64,000 nucleotides of DNA, taken from positions 47,121,727-47,185,726 of the forward strand of contig CM097885.1 of the NCBI GenBank assembly GCA_044892525.1, read 5' to 3'. Position 1 is the stretch's first letter; the number at the start of each line of letters is the position of its first letter. The notes beneath the pieces are model-generated. The model saw only the letters and a program-made list of their open reading frames with translations. It did not search any database and had not been told where the DNA came from. Source of the stretch: Schmidtea polychroa (Eukaryota). This document shows positions 27,790 through 42,242 of the stretch, one piece after another. The translations under genes and the position numbers were made by a program.

Positions 27790-29621
27790 CAGCCCCGTAC
27801 CGTGACACCTTTTGACGGGGGTGCCAGACTTGCGTTTGGGGGGGGGGGGGTGGGGGCCAGTAATTCTCGTGTAAACTAAGTATTTTATGAAAACAGACTA
27901 GTCACTACTCACACTTTGCACTCCGAAATGTTCAATTTAAAAAAAAGGAAAGCAAAATCGACATTTTGTCTGAGCATTATTTTGCTACATTATTGCATAT
28001 ACTAGTATATAGTAAATGATTTTCGCACATTTTTTAGGAACAAACACAAAAAACAAATAGCTGCATGTTTTTGCACGACGGACAATTGGACATACAAAGA
28101 CAGCACACACAGTCACACAAATTTGAAAACTTAAGGTGAGTGCAATAGAAATTACACAGGAACTAGATCCAGAAAAAAGAAATTACGTGTGTGAGATATC
28201 GACATGACTCAAAATAGCTGCAGTCGTCGATTTTTCATTTCATGAAACCGCTGAAGAAACTCATCAGATTTGATGTTATTACTGATGTTACTTTCAAATG
28301 AGAGCAATACAAGGTTGGCTTTACGAGAATGGCTCATCGACGTACGAAAGGGAGTTAAGACACGAGATAAAGTACTGAAAGTCGCCTCACATGTGGCAGT
28401 TGAAGCACCGATTGTCAGTGCAGAAGCTGCAAGACGATAGACAGATGGAAAAGCATCTCGGTATGAGTACAGTTCTTGCACTAACTGATGAACGTTTGTC
28501 ACAGTACTGGCTCTCTTCAATAGGAAAACCTTTGCAGTTTCAAATTCATGTCGGGTTTCGCTTAGGTCCACGCCACACAGTGTCGCTAAAGTCTTTAGAT
28601 CCTCAATATTCAAAAAGTTTGCGTGATCAGTCTTGAAACATGCAAGTGACTTATAAAGGCTTCTGTTGGTGACACCGAAGCGTTTTGTTAGTTCCTGCAG
28701 AGTCCTATCAACGACTTCGTAATACATCTGGCGATATGCGCATCTGATAGGCAAGGCCTGGTGTTCTGGCTGTCCCACAGATCCGAACACAATGAAGTTG
28801 TCTAATTTTGAGTTCATCTGAGTTCTTCTTCTTTTTGGTGTCTGTTCCATATCCATTTGACCTTCAAATTTCCCAAAAAGAACTTGGAATTCCTCTTCAT
28901 TGCGTAGGCTGCGAATGCGCTCTATGACGGCATCCATAACATCACATGCTGAAGAAAGGTCCATTGCTTGACCCTGCAAGCTATTGTTGGCTGTTTCAAG
29001 GATAGTCAGCAATGAGAGCACCATGTGTGCAATGAACTGAAACTCCACTTCATTGACTCGATGCAAGAGTCCAGTAGCTTCTAAACATAGAGTGAAAAAA
29101 ATATAAGATTTAATAATATAATTTTAATAATATTATTCTAATAATATTAGAATCTAATACGATGAAAATAATGTTACAAAATATGATCAATTAACATGTC
29201 ACTCTGCCATAGGAGTGAGTTGAGTATAATGACATGTGATGTGCTCTCATTGGCCTATCTCTCTACCATCGTATGAAGACTACAATGCACCCACTCCGTG
29301 CTCTGACACTCAATCATGCCTCCATGCGTTGTTACTGCCTGTGAGGCAGGAAAGACAGACAGCACGCACCCTACCCACGCCACCGACTTCACATGCCAGT
29401 CTCTTCCAGTGAGGCAGATAGATGGAACATCCTACCCCCGTCCACACTACATAAACCTCTACATGTGCAACTCAATGCATGTGTGCACGATAGCAATTTT
29501 TCTTTTATCAAACATATTGAATGTAATTTTTTATTCATGTCCGTTTTTTTATTTGGGGGGGGGGGCAGACTTGCGTTTGGGGGGGCCGGGCCCTCCTGGG
29601 CCCCCCGACGGTACGGGCCTG
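27790..29621 (-). mobile_element. Non-autonomous hAT element (1832 bp)
   Basis: TIRs CAG(C/G)CCCGTACCGT; perfect 8-bp TSD CTTAAATG (27782-27789, 29622-29629); empty site visible near 34558. Confidence 0.93.
28209..29066 (-). pseudogene. hAT (ZMYM1/Tip100-like) transposase C-terminal half
   Basis: NNSLQGQAMDL and FPSVYRLAASALTIGASTATCEATFSTLSRVLTPFRTSM (dimerisation domain); N-terminal half deleted. Confidence 0.85.
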
Positions 29622-31239
29622 CTTAAATGACTATATTTCAACCCTTAATTCATATTATTGCAAATATTTCACTAAAATCATCTAAAAAGCATCAAATTTC
29701 CCTGAAATAACTCTAACTTTAAAGATTAGTATTTTATCGATAATTACACTTAAAAGGATATATATTTCCCTCGGACTAATAAGATTCTTTAAAATCCCTT
29801 TAAATGACTATAATTATATCTTTAATTCCTATTATCAAACATTTCAATATTGATAAAACCAGTTAAAATTAAATTTTTGTTCTAAATGTAAATCACTGTA
29901 CTCAAAATTTTAAATAAATATTACTACAATATAACTGACTAGGTCCCATTGAAAAATTTAATTTATTTATTCAATAAAATCTCTATATTCTTCAAATGGT
30001 CATATTATACCGATATTCAACCGATTTAATTACTAATTAAAATCACCCGATAAATTTCTCTCAATAAAGATGAATTTTCTTTAGTCAATGTTAGTAGGTA
30101 GTTAGGAGCCCGCTGCAGCAATGACCCCCCGGGGGGGGGGGGGGGTTCTGTTGCACGATTTTTTTTGCTGCAACTTTTGATTACGCAATTTTTCAGACTA
30201 TAGCGAGGGGGTCTCGATGGTCCTGGTATTTTCAATACAAATAAAATTTTTCAATAGAAAATCTGACTATCAATAAAAAAGCATGGTAATTTAAGGTCTC
30301 AGGATATTTTCAATACAAAAATCCGACTATCACTAAAAAAGCGTGGTAATTTAAGGTCTCAGGATATTTTCAATACAAATAGGTGGTCTACACTAAAAAA
30401 GCCAAGGATTTTTCAGACTATAGTGAGGTGAGTCTCCTTGGTCCTGAGAAAAAGGTGGTCTACACTAAAAAACGTGGTAAATTTTTCAATTAAAGTAAAT
30501 TATGGTCTAAATAAGTAAATTATGGCTCAAATTTTCAAATTACAGTAAATTATGGTTATAAAAATTAAATTACACTAAATTATGGCTCAAATTTTTAAAT
30601 TACAGTAAATTATGGCTCAAATTTTTCAATTACAGTAAATTATGGTCCTAAAAAAATTAAATTACAGTAAATTATGGGCTCAGATTTTTAAATTACAGTA
30701 AATAATGGTCCTAAAAATTAAATTACAGTAAATTATGGTCCTAAAAATTAAATTAAAAGTCAATTAAGGTCCAAATTTTTCAAATACAGTAAATTATGGT
30801 TCTAAAAAATTAAATTACAGTAAATAATGGTCCAAATTTTTAAATTAAAGTAAATTAAGGTTCTAAAAATTAAATAAGTTAATTAAGGTCCAAATTTTAA
30901 ATTAAGTAATCAATGGTAAAAAATTTTAAATAAGTAAATTAAAGTAAATTAAAGTAAGATTTTAAAATTTAATTACAAAATAATAGAAGGTGTTTGAGAA
31001 TTGAAATTTTTTAATGAAAATTTTTATGAAATAATTTTTAAGTAATTTTTAATAGAAATTTTTATGGAATAATTTTTTAAGTAATTTTTAATGAAAATTT
31101 TTATGAAATAATTTTTTAAGTTAATTTTTAATGGAAATTTTTATGAAATATTTTTCAATGATAATTTTAGATGGAAATTTTTAAGATAATTTTTAGTGAA
31201 AATTTTTATGAAATATTTTTCAAAGACAAATTTTAATAA

Positions 31240-32660
31240 TAATTCAACAACAAACCAACAACTTAGTACCAACAACCAGTAACTTACGAACATGTATTAA
31301 CAACCAGATACCTACAACTAGTTACTAACAACCAGTTACCTGATACCAGATACCTACCAACTACTTACAACCAAAATCAACCAGATACCTACAACTAGTT
31401 ACTAACAACCAATTACCTGCTACCAAGTACTTACAACTAGATACCACGTACTAAATAACTCTCAAACAACCAAGTACCTACAACAAATTACCAGATACCA
31501 AGTACCTACAACTAGTTACCTGATACTAAGTACCTACAACCACCTAACAAGTACTAACAACCAAAAACAAGCAACCAACCAGGTACCAGATACCACCTAC
31601 TAAGTACCAACAACCAACTAGCTACCAGATACCTACAACTAGATACTAACAACTAGATACCAAGTACCTACCCATTAACCACCTACCAAGTACTAACAAC
31701 CAGGCCTCAAACAACAACTAAATACTAACAACCAGATACCAACAACTTAGTACCAACAACCAACAACTAACTATCAAGTACAAGATACCAACATCCAGTA
31801 ACTTACGAACATGTTTTTAACAACTAGATACTAACAACCAGTTACCAAGTACCTACAACCACCTACCCATTAACTAGTTACAACCAGCTAACTAGGTACT
31901 AGATACCAAGTACTAACAACCGACAACAACCAGGTATTAAGCATTATTAACCAACTACCAAGTACCTACAACTAGATACTAACAACCAAAAACAATCAGC
32001 TAACAACTAGCTACCTGCTACTAAGTACTTACAACTAGTTACTAACAAACAGTTACCTGCTATCAAGTACTTACAACAAGATACCAAGTACTAAGCACTG
32101 TCAACTAGATACCAAACACTTACAACTAGATACCACGTACTAACTAACTCTCAAACAACTAGTTACTAACAATCAGTTACCTGCTACCAAGTACCTACAA
32201 CCAACTACCAAGTACTAACAACCAAAAACAATCAACCAACTAGCTACCACCTACCAAGCACTCAACCGTCAACAATCAGTTACTAAGCATTATTAACCAA
32301 CTACTAAGTACCTACAACCAAAAACAACCAGCTATCAACTAGATACCAAGTACTTACAACCAACATCAACCAGGTACTAAGCATCATCAACTAACTACTA
32401 AGTACCTACAACCTAAAACTAGATACTAACAACCAGTTACCTGCTACTAAGTACCTACAACCAACTAGCTACCACCTACCAAGTACCAACAACCACCTAC
32501 CCATTAACTAGCTACTAAGTACTAACAACTAACTACCACCTACCAAGTACATACAACCAACATCAACCAGGTACTAAGTATTATCAACCAAGTACTAACA
32601 AGCAAGTAACTTTCCTAGTACTAAGCACTGTCAACTAGATACCAAACACTTACAACCAGA
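31240..32660. repeat. Strand-asymmetric A/C-rich complex tandem array
   Basis: Shuffled units ACAACTAGATACC, AAGTACTAACAACC, AGTTACCTG; mirrored at 54190-55340; related arrays at 13150-13450 and 25460-25910. Confidence 0.9.
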
Positions 32661-35469
32661 TGACCACATGAAATTATTGGTTAAATATGAAAATAAGGGT
32701 TATAATTAGTTGTTTAGTAAATTATGGTGTAAAATTAAGTAATAAAGGATAAATAGGCAAATTAAGGATAAGTAAATTAAAGTTAAAAATTTTAAATAAG
32801 TAAATTAAGGTTCAAAATTTTAAATTAAAGGAAACAATGGTTTAAATTTTAAATTAAAGCTAAATGAGTAAATTAAAGTAATAATTTTTAAATAAGTAAT
32901 GTAATAAGTAAATTAAACTAAGATTTTTAAATTTATTAACAAAAAATAGAAGGTGTTTGAGAATTGAAATTTTTTAATGAAAATTTTTATGAAATAATTT
33001 TTAGGATAATTTTTAATGGAAATTTTAATGGAATAATAATAATAATAAAAATAATAATAATAATAATTCAACAGTTACCAACAATCGGTTACTAAATATT
33101 TTTAACTAGGTGCTGACAAATACTTACAACATGATACCACGTACTAACTAACTCTCAAACAACCAGATACTTACAACTAACTACTAAATATTCTTCACTG
33201 TATTTTATGAAATGCTTTTTAAATTAATTTTTTATCTATCTACAAAAATATATTTAATTACAATCATTAGAAAAACCTTTTCAAATTTAACAAAAATGTT
33301 GATTTTCATCAAAAAATGAATAATTGTCAACTCATCACCACGTGAAATTCAAAATAATTTAAATTACAATGAAAGACTAATGAATTCTAATTTACAAAAC
33401 ATTCTTCTTTTAAATGATAACTACTGACTTATTATTGCAATGTAAAAATTGCATTCAATAAATACTTATTGTTGATCAGTTTTATTATATATACTCTGAG
33501 TTTATCTGACAGGATGTTTTGACCCCCTAAGGGTACAGGTCGTAAGGGTACTGGTCGCAAGGGTACTGGTCGTAAAGGTACTAGTCGTAGGGGTATTGGT
33601 AACACTCAACCACAACCTACCCATTAACTAGCTACTAAGTACTAACAACCAGTTACCTGATACCAACTACTAACAACCACCATCAAAACCCATCGAGAAA
33701 TTAACAAATATCAACCTACAACTATATAACAACAATCAATAAACAACACTGTACCAACTACCAAATACAAGATACCAACAACTTAGTACCAACAATCAAC
33801 TAACAACACATAAAAATAATAGCAATTAAATACAAAATACTCTTCATCACATACACTATCTTCTTATCAAAATCTAAAAGTCAACCAACTACTTACAACC
33901 AACAACTATGTACTGACAAATTGATCTTTAAAAGAAAATACTCTTCACTTGAAAAATTAGATGGAAAATTAATTGAACTCAAGGCATCAATAACTTGATA
34001 AAAATTGATTAAATTATTGTAAAAAATTTAAATTATTCGAAATAAATATCATAAAAATTTAATTAATGGACAAGAAAAAATTCTAATCATCCAGTAAATA
34101 AAAAAAAATGCTGATCATTCAAGTTGAATCAACTAAGATAATAAATTAATAAGATAAGATCTAGTAGATAATTGATTTAGATTGAATAAATTAATTGAAA
34201 TAAAATTAATTTTAAGTATTTTTTTTAAAAGTAATACATGTACTCAAATTGATTGACTGATTTCTCAATATATTCAAAAATCAATATAAATTCATTAAAA
34301 TTATCAAAGTCAGCAATCTACAATAAAAATAATTATCATTAAATTCCAAAAGAGACTAGATAACTAATGATAACATCTAACAAACCAGTAAATTCATTTA
34401 AATAATTGGTATATCCAAGTGAATTCTCCAATAAAATCATCTAAAAAGCATCAAATTTCCCTGAAATATCTATATCTTTTAAGATTAGTATCTTATCGAT
34501 AAGTACTTGTTAAAGATCATATATTCACCTCAAACTAACAAGATTCCTTAAAATCCCCTTAAATGACTATATTTCTATCCTTAATTCATATTATTACAAA
34601 TATCATCTAAAAAGCATCAAATTTCATTGAAATAACACTATCTTTAAAGATTGATATTTTAATGATAAGTACCCTTAAAAGACTATATATTCACCTCAAA
34701 CTAACAAGATTCCTTAAAATCTCTTAAATGACTATATTTCTACCCTTAATCCATATTATTACAAATATTTCACTAAAATCATCTAAAAAGCATCAAATTT
34801 CCCTGAAATAACTATCTTTAAAGATTAGTATTTTATCGATAAATATCCTTAAAAGGTTATATATTTACCTCAGACTAATAAGATTGCTTAAAATCCCCTT
34901 TAAATGACTTTAATTCCTATTATCACGAATATTATAAAACATGTAAAATAATTTGGTCATTAACCCTAAATAATTGATAAAATCTAATGATAAAACCGGT
35001 TATAATTAACTTTTTGTTAATCACTGTACTCGAAATTTAAAATAAATATAACTGACTAGGTCCCATTAAAAGATTAAATTTATCCATTCAATAAAATATA
35101 TTTCTTCAAATGATCATTTTACCGATATTCAACCGATTTAATTACTAATTAAAATCAATCGATAGATTTCTTTCAATAAAGATCAATTTTATTTAGTTGT
35201 TGTTGATGTTTTAAGTCCATATTTCTCAACTTTTGTCATTCTCCGTCTAAATAAAGATAAAAATAAATTAAAGTTGATATCAATCCCAATTATCTGTAAA
35301 GTTTTCATTGCCAAAACCAAGTAAATCGATCATTATCCCTACTTAATAATCCATAAATCTAAATTAATATACAATGAATTAATCAAAACCTAATAAAACG
35401 ATATAATTATTATTGATACATAACTGACTAATTGACATTTCCCTTAAAACAATGATATTTTACCAACAT

Positions 35470-35800
35470 CACCATTAAAAAAATCATATATTCCCATCTT
35501 AACCCATCCTTCATTAAATTCAATCGACTATATCTCCCTTACAATGATATATTCCTACCTTATCCGATCTCTCATTAAATTCAATCGACTATATCTCCCT
35601 TAATATGATATATTTCCATCTTATCCGATCCCTCATTAAAGTCAATCGACTATATCTCCCTTACAATGATATATATGCCCATCTTAACCTATCCCTCATT
35701 TAATCTAACCGACTATATTTCCCTTAAAAGATCATATATTCCCATCTTAACCGATCTCTTATTAAATCTCACCGACAATATCCCATCTTAACCGATCTCT
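35470..35800. repeat. ~60-bp tandem repeat, about 5 copies
   Basis: CGACTATATCTCCCTT..ATGATATA..CCATCTTA..CTCATTAAA unit; mirrored at ~39990-40320. Confidence 0.85.
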
Positions 35801-37437
35801 CAGCAAATATTTCTACCCTTTTAAACATCTATCCGATTATATCCCTTATTTTCTCTAAAGATTCCACCCACTTGAGCCCTTTAATATATATCAATCCTCT
35901 TAAAATCCTCAGAGAACTTCAAAAATCTGACTTTTAATTAATTGTTATAGGAACCAGACAAATAATAAGAGCCCACTAAAAGATCAAAATTCAATAAATT
36001 TTCTACAAATATTTACCATCAAATACTGGAGATGATATATATTGTTTGATCATAATTCTTCAGCTATTCAACCAATCATTTTCAAGCAATAACAGCAAAC
36101 TAAATTTCTGTATATCCTACAATAATTATCACATAAATTTAAAGTCCCTGATAAAGTTAACTGGTTTCTTAGCTTATGTTTTTAAAGATCATCAATGTGT
36201 AAATATTCTTAGAAAATTATTGAAAAAAATTATCTAGTCAAATATATTACAAAGTTATCATCAAAAATTTATTCTATCACTTAATTATACCTAATTGTCA
36301 ATGAAATTAATTTTTATTTAAAAACTATTCAATAAAATACAACTAATTATCAAGAAAGTAATTAAATTTATCAATTAAATTTATCACCATTAAAACTTTT
36401 AATCAGTCAACATGAAATTCTTAGAAAATTATTCAATATCCTCATAAAAATTTATCCTACCACTTGATTATTGTACAAACTCTAATTATTAACCTCATTA
36501 AAAATAATTTTTATTTAAAATTAAAAATACATCCAATTATCAAGAAATTAATTAACTTTATCTTAGAACTAACTTTAAATTATTAAATATTCATTCAATA
36601 AACATTAAATTCACAAAAATGATAGAAATCTGCAAAAATAATAGAAATTTACAAAAATCAAAGAAATTCACAAAATTGATAAAAATTCACAAAAAAGATA
36701 GAAATTTACTTGAATAAAACCATCAACTCTAAAAATTATCAATGAATGCAAACAAATTTGTCTAAATAATCATTCAAATAAAAGCATTAAATACCTTTAC
36801 GACTAATACCCTTACGACATGTTGAATGTGAGTAGTACCCTTGTGAGCAATACCCATAGGGGGACAGAATATTTTGTCGGATAAACTCAGAGTATATATT
36901 AATTAACTCATTCTTCATTGAATTAGTAAAATTATCATAATTTCGATAAAAATTCTAAAGTGGTAAGCAATGTAAAGAGAATTATTCTTTAAACTTTGAT
37001 AAAATTAACAATGAAGGTGGTAAGAATCTTCATTAAAGTGAGGAAATTATTCATTACTCGATTCAAATGGGTGAAAATAATTGGTAGAATAATTCATTAA
37101 TGGAGGTAGATAATGAGAAGTAGTTTAGATAAGATGAAGGTTGATAAGAAATGATGTATTGCAACTATTTTCTAAAAATTAACACTTTAATAAAAAAAAA
37201 CTTTTAAAACAAATATTTGTGGGGATGTTTTAAGTGAATAATTAATCAAAATCGGCGGAATATAAGTAGAAAATCGGGGTGGGGGTTATAGGCGAATAAT
37301 TAATGGAAAATCGGGGATAATATAGGGATTAAATAGTGGAGAATAATAGTGAATATAAGTGAGAAGGATTTAAACTATTTTATTACGTAACAAGCCGCGA
37401 CTAGTTTATTACATAACAAGCTGTGAATGGTATTTTA

Positions 37438-38347
37438 CCAACATTTTACTAAATTTTTAAAGTATGTAATTTAATTTTAATTATATTTTAAAATTGTATA
37501 TATTTTGAATATCATTCTATTGTTTAATTTCAATAATAAGTTTAAAAAATCTATAATAATTAATAAATTAATATCTTGTTAACATTTATTTGAGAATTTA
37601 AAAAACTTTACTTAAAATTAGTGAAGTATTTAATTTTAATTGTATTTTATAAGACATATATTTGAGTATTAACTTATTTTGATTGAAGTATCACATTTAA
37701 TATTGTGATGATTGTTTTCTAAATCGAAATATTTAGTGTAAAATAGTAAATTTAATAATAAATAGCTACAATATTAAAGGTCTTTTTTTAAAAAAATATT
37801 TACTTTCTATTACCTAATTCCATCATTAAGTTTAAAAAGTCTATAATTGTTAATAATTCAATTTCTTATTCACATTTTCTAATAAAACTTATATTTTTAA
37901 ATTTAGTGTAAAGAATTTAATTTTAATTGTATTTTATAAGTCATTTATTTGAATATTTATCTTATTTTTATTGAAAAGAGTAATATAATTCATATTATGA
38001 TATTCGTTTCGAAATATTTAGTGTAGAATCGTAAATTTAATAATATATAGCTATTATTGCAAGTACTTATACAACAAAAACTTTTTTATTTCTAATGTTT
38101 TATTCCATAAATAAGTTTTAAAGTATATAACTGGTAATAAATTAATTTCTTATTTAAATTTATTTAAAAAAGCTTTACTTATAAAATTTATATTTTCGAA
38201 GACTTATATTTGAATATTAACTTATATTGATTGAAAAGGGTAATTGATTTAGAAATTATTTAGTGTAAATCAAAACATTTAAATTATTAAGGTATTAAAG
38301 TACCTATTCAAAAATTAAAAAAAAAAGATCTAATCAATAATTTTCAA
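37438..38347. repeat. Central spacer of the palindrome, ~3 degenerate ~290-bp units
   Basis: TAAGTTTAAAAA.TCTATAAT recurs at ~37537, ~37827 and ~38112. Confidence 0.7.
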
Positions 38348-41300
38348 TAAAATACTATTCACAGCTTGTTATGTAATAAACTAGTCGCGGCTTGTTACGT
38401 AATAAAATAGTTTAAATTATATATCCTTCTCACTTATATTCACTATTATTCTCCACTATTTAATCACTATATTATCCCCGATTTTCCATTAATTATTCGC
38501 CTATAACCCCCACCCCGATTTTCTACTTATATTCCGCCGATTTTGATTAATTATTCACTTAAAACATCCCCACAAATATTTGTTTTAAAAGTTTTTTTTT
38601 ATTAAAGTGTTAATTTTTAGAAAATAGTTGCAATACATCCATTCTTATCAACCTTCATCTTATCTAAACTACTTCTCATTATCTACCTCCATTAATGAAT
38701 TATTCTACCAATTATTTTCACCCATTTGAATCGAGTAATGAATAATTTCCTCACTTTAATGAAGATTCTTACCACCTTCATTGTTAATTTTATCAAAGTT
38801 TAAAGAATAATTCTCTTTACATTGCTTACCACTTTAGAATTTTTATCGAAATTATGATAATTTTACTAATTCAATGAAGAATGAGTTAATTAATATATAC
38901 TCTGAGTTTATCCGACAAAATATTCTGTCCCCCTATGGGTATTGCTCACAAGGGTACTACTCACATTCAACATGTCGTAAGGGTATTAGTCGTAAAGGTA
39001 TTTAATGCTTTTATTTGAATGATTATTTAGACAAATTTGTTTGCATTCATTGATAATTTTTAGAGTTGATGGTTTTATTCAAGTAAATTTCTATCTTTTT
39101 TGTGAATTTTTATCAATTTTGTGAATTTCTTTGATTTTTGTAAATTTCTATTATTTTTGCAGATTTCTATCATTTTTGTGAATTTAATGTTTATTGAATG
39201 AATATTTAATAATTTAAAGTTAGTTCTAAGATAAAGTTAATTAATTTCTTGATAATTGGATGTATTTTTAATTTTAAATAAAAATTATTTTTAATGAGGT
39301 TAATAATTAGAGTTTGTACAATAATCAAGTGGTAGGATAAATTTTTATGAGGATATTGAATAATTTTCTAAGAATTTCATGTTGACTGATTAAAAGTTTT
39401 AATGGTGATAAATTTAATTGATAAATTTAATTACTTTCTTGATAATTAGTTGTATTTTATTGAATAGTTTTTAAATAAAAATTAATTTCATTGACAATTA
39501 GGTATAATTAAGTGATAGAATAAATTTTTGATGATAACTTTGTAATATATTTGACTAGATAATTTTTTTCAATAATTTTCTAAGAATATTTACACATTGA
39601 TGATCTTTAAAAACATAAGCTAAGAAACCAGTTAACTTTATCAGGGACTTTAAATTTATGTGATAATTATTGTAGGATATACAGAAATTTAGTTTGCTGT
39701 TATTGCTTGAAAATGATTGGTTGAATAGCTGAAGAATTATGATCAAACAATATATATCATCTCCAGTATTTGATGGTAAATATTTGTAGAAAATTTATTG
39801 AATTTTGATCTTTTAGTGGGCTCTTATTATTTGTCTGGTTCCTATAACAATTAATTAAAAGTCAGATTTTTGAAGTTCTCTGAGGATTTTAAGAGGATTG
39901 ATATATATTAAAGGGCTCAAGTGGGTGGAATCTTTAGAGAAAATAAGGGATATAATCGGATAGATGTTTAAAAGGGTAGAAATATTTGCTGAGAGATCGG
40001 TTAAGATGGGATATTGTCGGTGAGATTTAATAAGAGATCGGTTAAGATGGGAATATATGATCTTTTAAGGGAGATATAGTCGGTTAGATTAAATGAGGGA
40101 TAGGTTAAGATGGGCATATATATCATTGTAAGGGAGATATAGTCGATTGACTTTAATGAGGGATCGGATAAGATGGAAATATATCATATTAAGGGAGATA
40201 TAGTCGATTGAATTTAATGAGAGATCGGATAAGGTAGGAATATATCATTGTAAGGGAGATATAGTCGATTGAATTTAATGAAGGATGGGTTAAGATGGGA
40301 ATATATGATTTTTTTAATGGTGATGTTGGTAAAATATCATTGTTTTAAGGGAAATGTCAATTAGTCAGTTATGTATCAATAATAATTATATCGTTTTATT
40401 AGGTTTTGATTAATTCATTGTATATTAATTTAGATTTATGGATTATTAAGTAGGGATAATGATCGATTTACTTGGTTTTGACAATGAAAACTTTACAGAT
40501 AATTGGGATTGATATCAACTTTAATTTATTTTTATCTTTATTTAGACGGAGAATGACAAAAGTTGAGAAATATGGACTTAAAACATCAACAACAACTAAA
40601 TAAAATTGATCTTTATTGAAAGAAATCTATCGATTGATTTTAATTAGTAATTAAATCGGTTGAATATCGGTAAAATGATCATTTGAAGAAATATATTTTA
40701 TTGAATGGATAAATTTAATCTTTTAATGGGACCTAGTCAGTTATATTTATTTTAAATTTCGAGTACAGTGATTAACAAAAAGTTAATTATAACCGGTTTT
40801 ATCATTAGATTTTATCAATTATTTAGGGTTAATGACCAAATTATTTTACATGTTTTATAATATTCGTGATAATAGGAATTAAAGTCATTTAAAGGGGATT
40901 TTAAGCAATCTTATTAGTCTGAGGTAAATATATAACCTTTTAAGGATATTTATCGATAAAATACTAATCTTTAAAGATAGTTATTTCAGGGAAATTTGAT
41001 GCTTTTTAGATGATTTTAGTGAAATATTTGTAATAATATGGATTAAGGGTAGAAATATAGTCATTTAAGAGATTTTAAGGAATCTTGTTAGTTTGAGGTG
41101 AATATATAGTCTTTTAAGGGTACTTATCATTAAAATATCAATCTTTAAAGATAGTGTTATTTCAATGAAATTTGATGCTTTTTAGATGATATTTGTAATA
41201 ATATGAATTAAGGATAGAAATATAGTCATTTAAGGGGATTTTAAGGAATCTTGTTAGTTTGAGGTGAATATATGATCTTTAACAAGTACTTATCGATAAG

Positions 41301-41909
41301 ATACTAATCTTAAAAGATATAGATATTTCAGGGAAATTTGATGCTTTTTAGATGATTTTATTGGAGAATTCACTTGGATATACCAATTATTTAAATGAAT
41401 TTACTGGTTTCTTAGATGTTATCATTAGTTATCTAGTCTCTTTTGGAATTTAATGATAATTATTTTTATTGTAGATTGCTGACTTTGATAATTTTAATGA
41501 ATTTATATTGATTTTTGAATATATTGAGAAATCAGTCAATCAATTTGAGTACATGTATTACTTTTAAAAAAAATACTTAAAATTAATTTTATTTCAATTA
41601 ATTTATTCAATCTAAATCAATTATCTACTAGATCTTATCTTATTAATTTATTATCTTAGTTGATTCAACTTGAATGATCAGCATTTTTTTTTATTTACTG
41701 GATGATTAGAATTTTTTCTTGTCCATTAATTAAATTTTTATGATATTTATTTCGAATAATTTAAATTTTTTACAATAATTTAATCAATTTTTATCAAGTT
41801 ATTGATGCCTTGAGTTCAATTAATTTTCCATCTAATTTTTCAAGTGAAGAGTATTTTCTTTTAAAGATCAATTTGTCAGTACATAGTTGTTGGTTGTAAG
41901 TAGTTGGTT
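38348..41909 (-). repeat. Right arm, inner part
   Basis: Near-perfect reverse complement of 33883-37437. Confidence 0.93.
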
Positions 41910-42242
41910 AGTAGTGAGGAATCTATGCACCCCAGCACCCCAACCCTCAAAAAAAACAGCGCTATTGACCCATATTTTCCACATTTATATGCTTTTTTAC
42001 CCCATATTCTTCACTTTTTTTAACTTTTAAACTTTGTCCCCTATTGCCATTAACCATTAATTTCTTCCCTTAAAAGTAAAAAAGTTCGGAATAGATGTAT
42101 TTATAGATTAGTAATTCCGAGAAAAGGTAACGGGGTGCATAGATTCCTCACTACTTGGTCTTAAGGATTTAATGTTATAAGGATTTAATGTTATAAGAAT
42201 ATCAGATTACCTAATTCATAATGATCTAGGTCGCCTGATCAC
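41910..42242 (+). repeat. Polinton left TIR (333 bp)
   Basis: Reverse complement of 52627-52959. Confidence 0.95.

Larger units (their letters stand above)
24880..30092. mobile_element. Older diverged copy of the palindrome arm; resumes at 59140-59405
   Basis: Colinear with ~30700-35200. Sequence before 30093 joined to sequence after 59139 matches the uninterrupted 35100-35440. Confidence 0.85.
30135..37437 (+). repeat. Left arm (~7.3 kb) of giant inverted repeat
   Basis: Reverse complement of 38348-41909 plus 52960-56772; identical 63-aa chance ORF at 36046 (+) and 39555 (-). Confidence 0.93.

Noticed and set aside
35470..35800. CRISPR-like array
   Set aside because: Whole units are repeated with no unique spacers, there are no cas genes, and the context is eukaryotic. 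The same applies to 56500-56680.
36046..36237. 63-aa ORF duplicated at 39555-39746
   Set aside because: Chance ORF with a non-ATG start; its identity only reflects the inverted arms.
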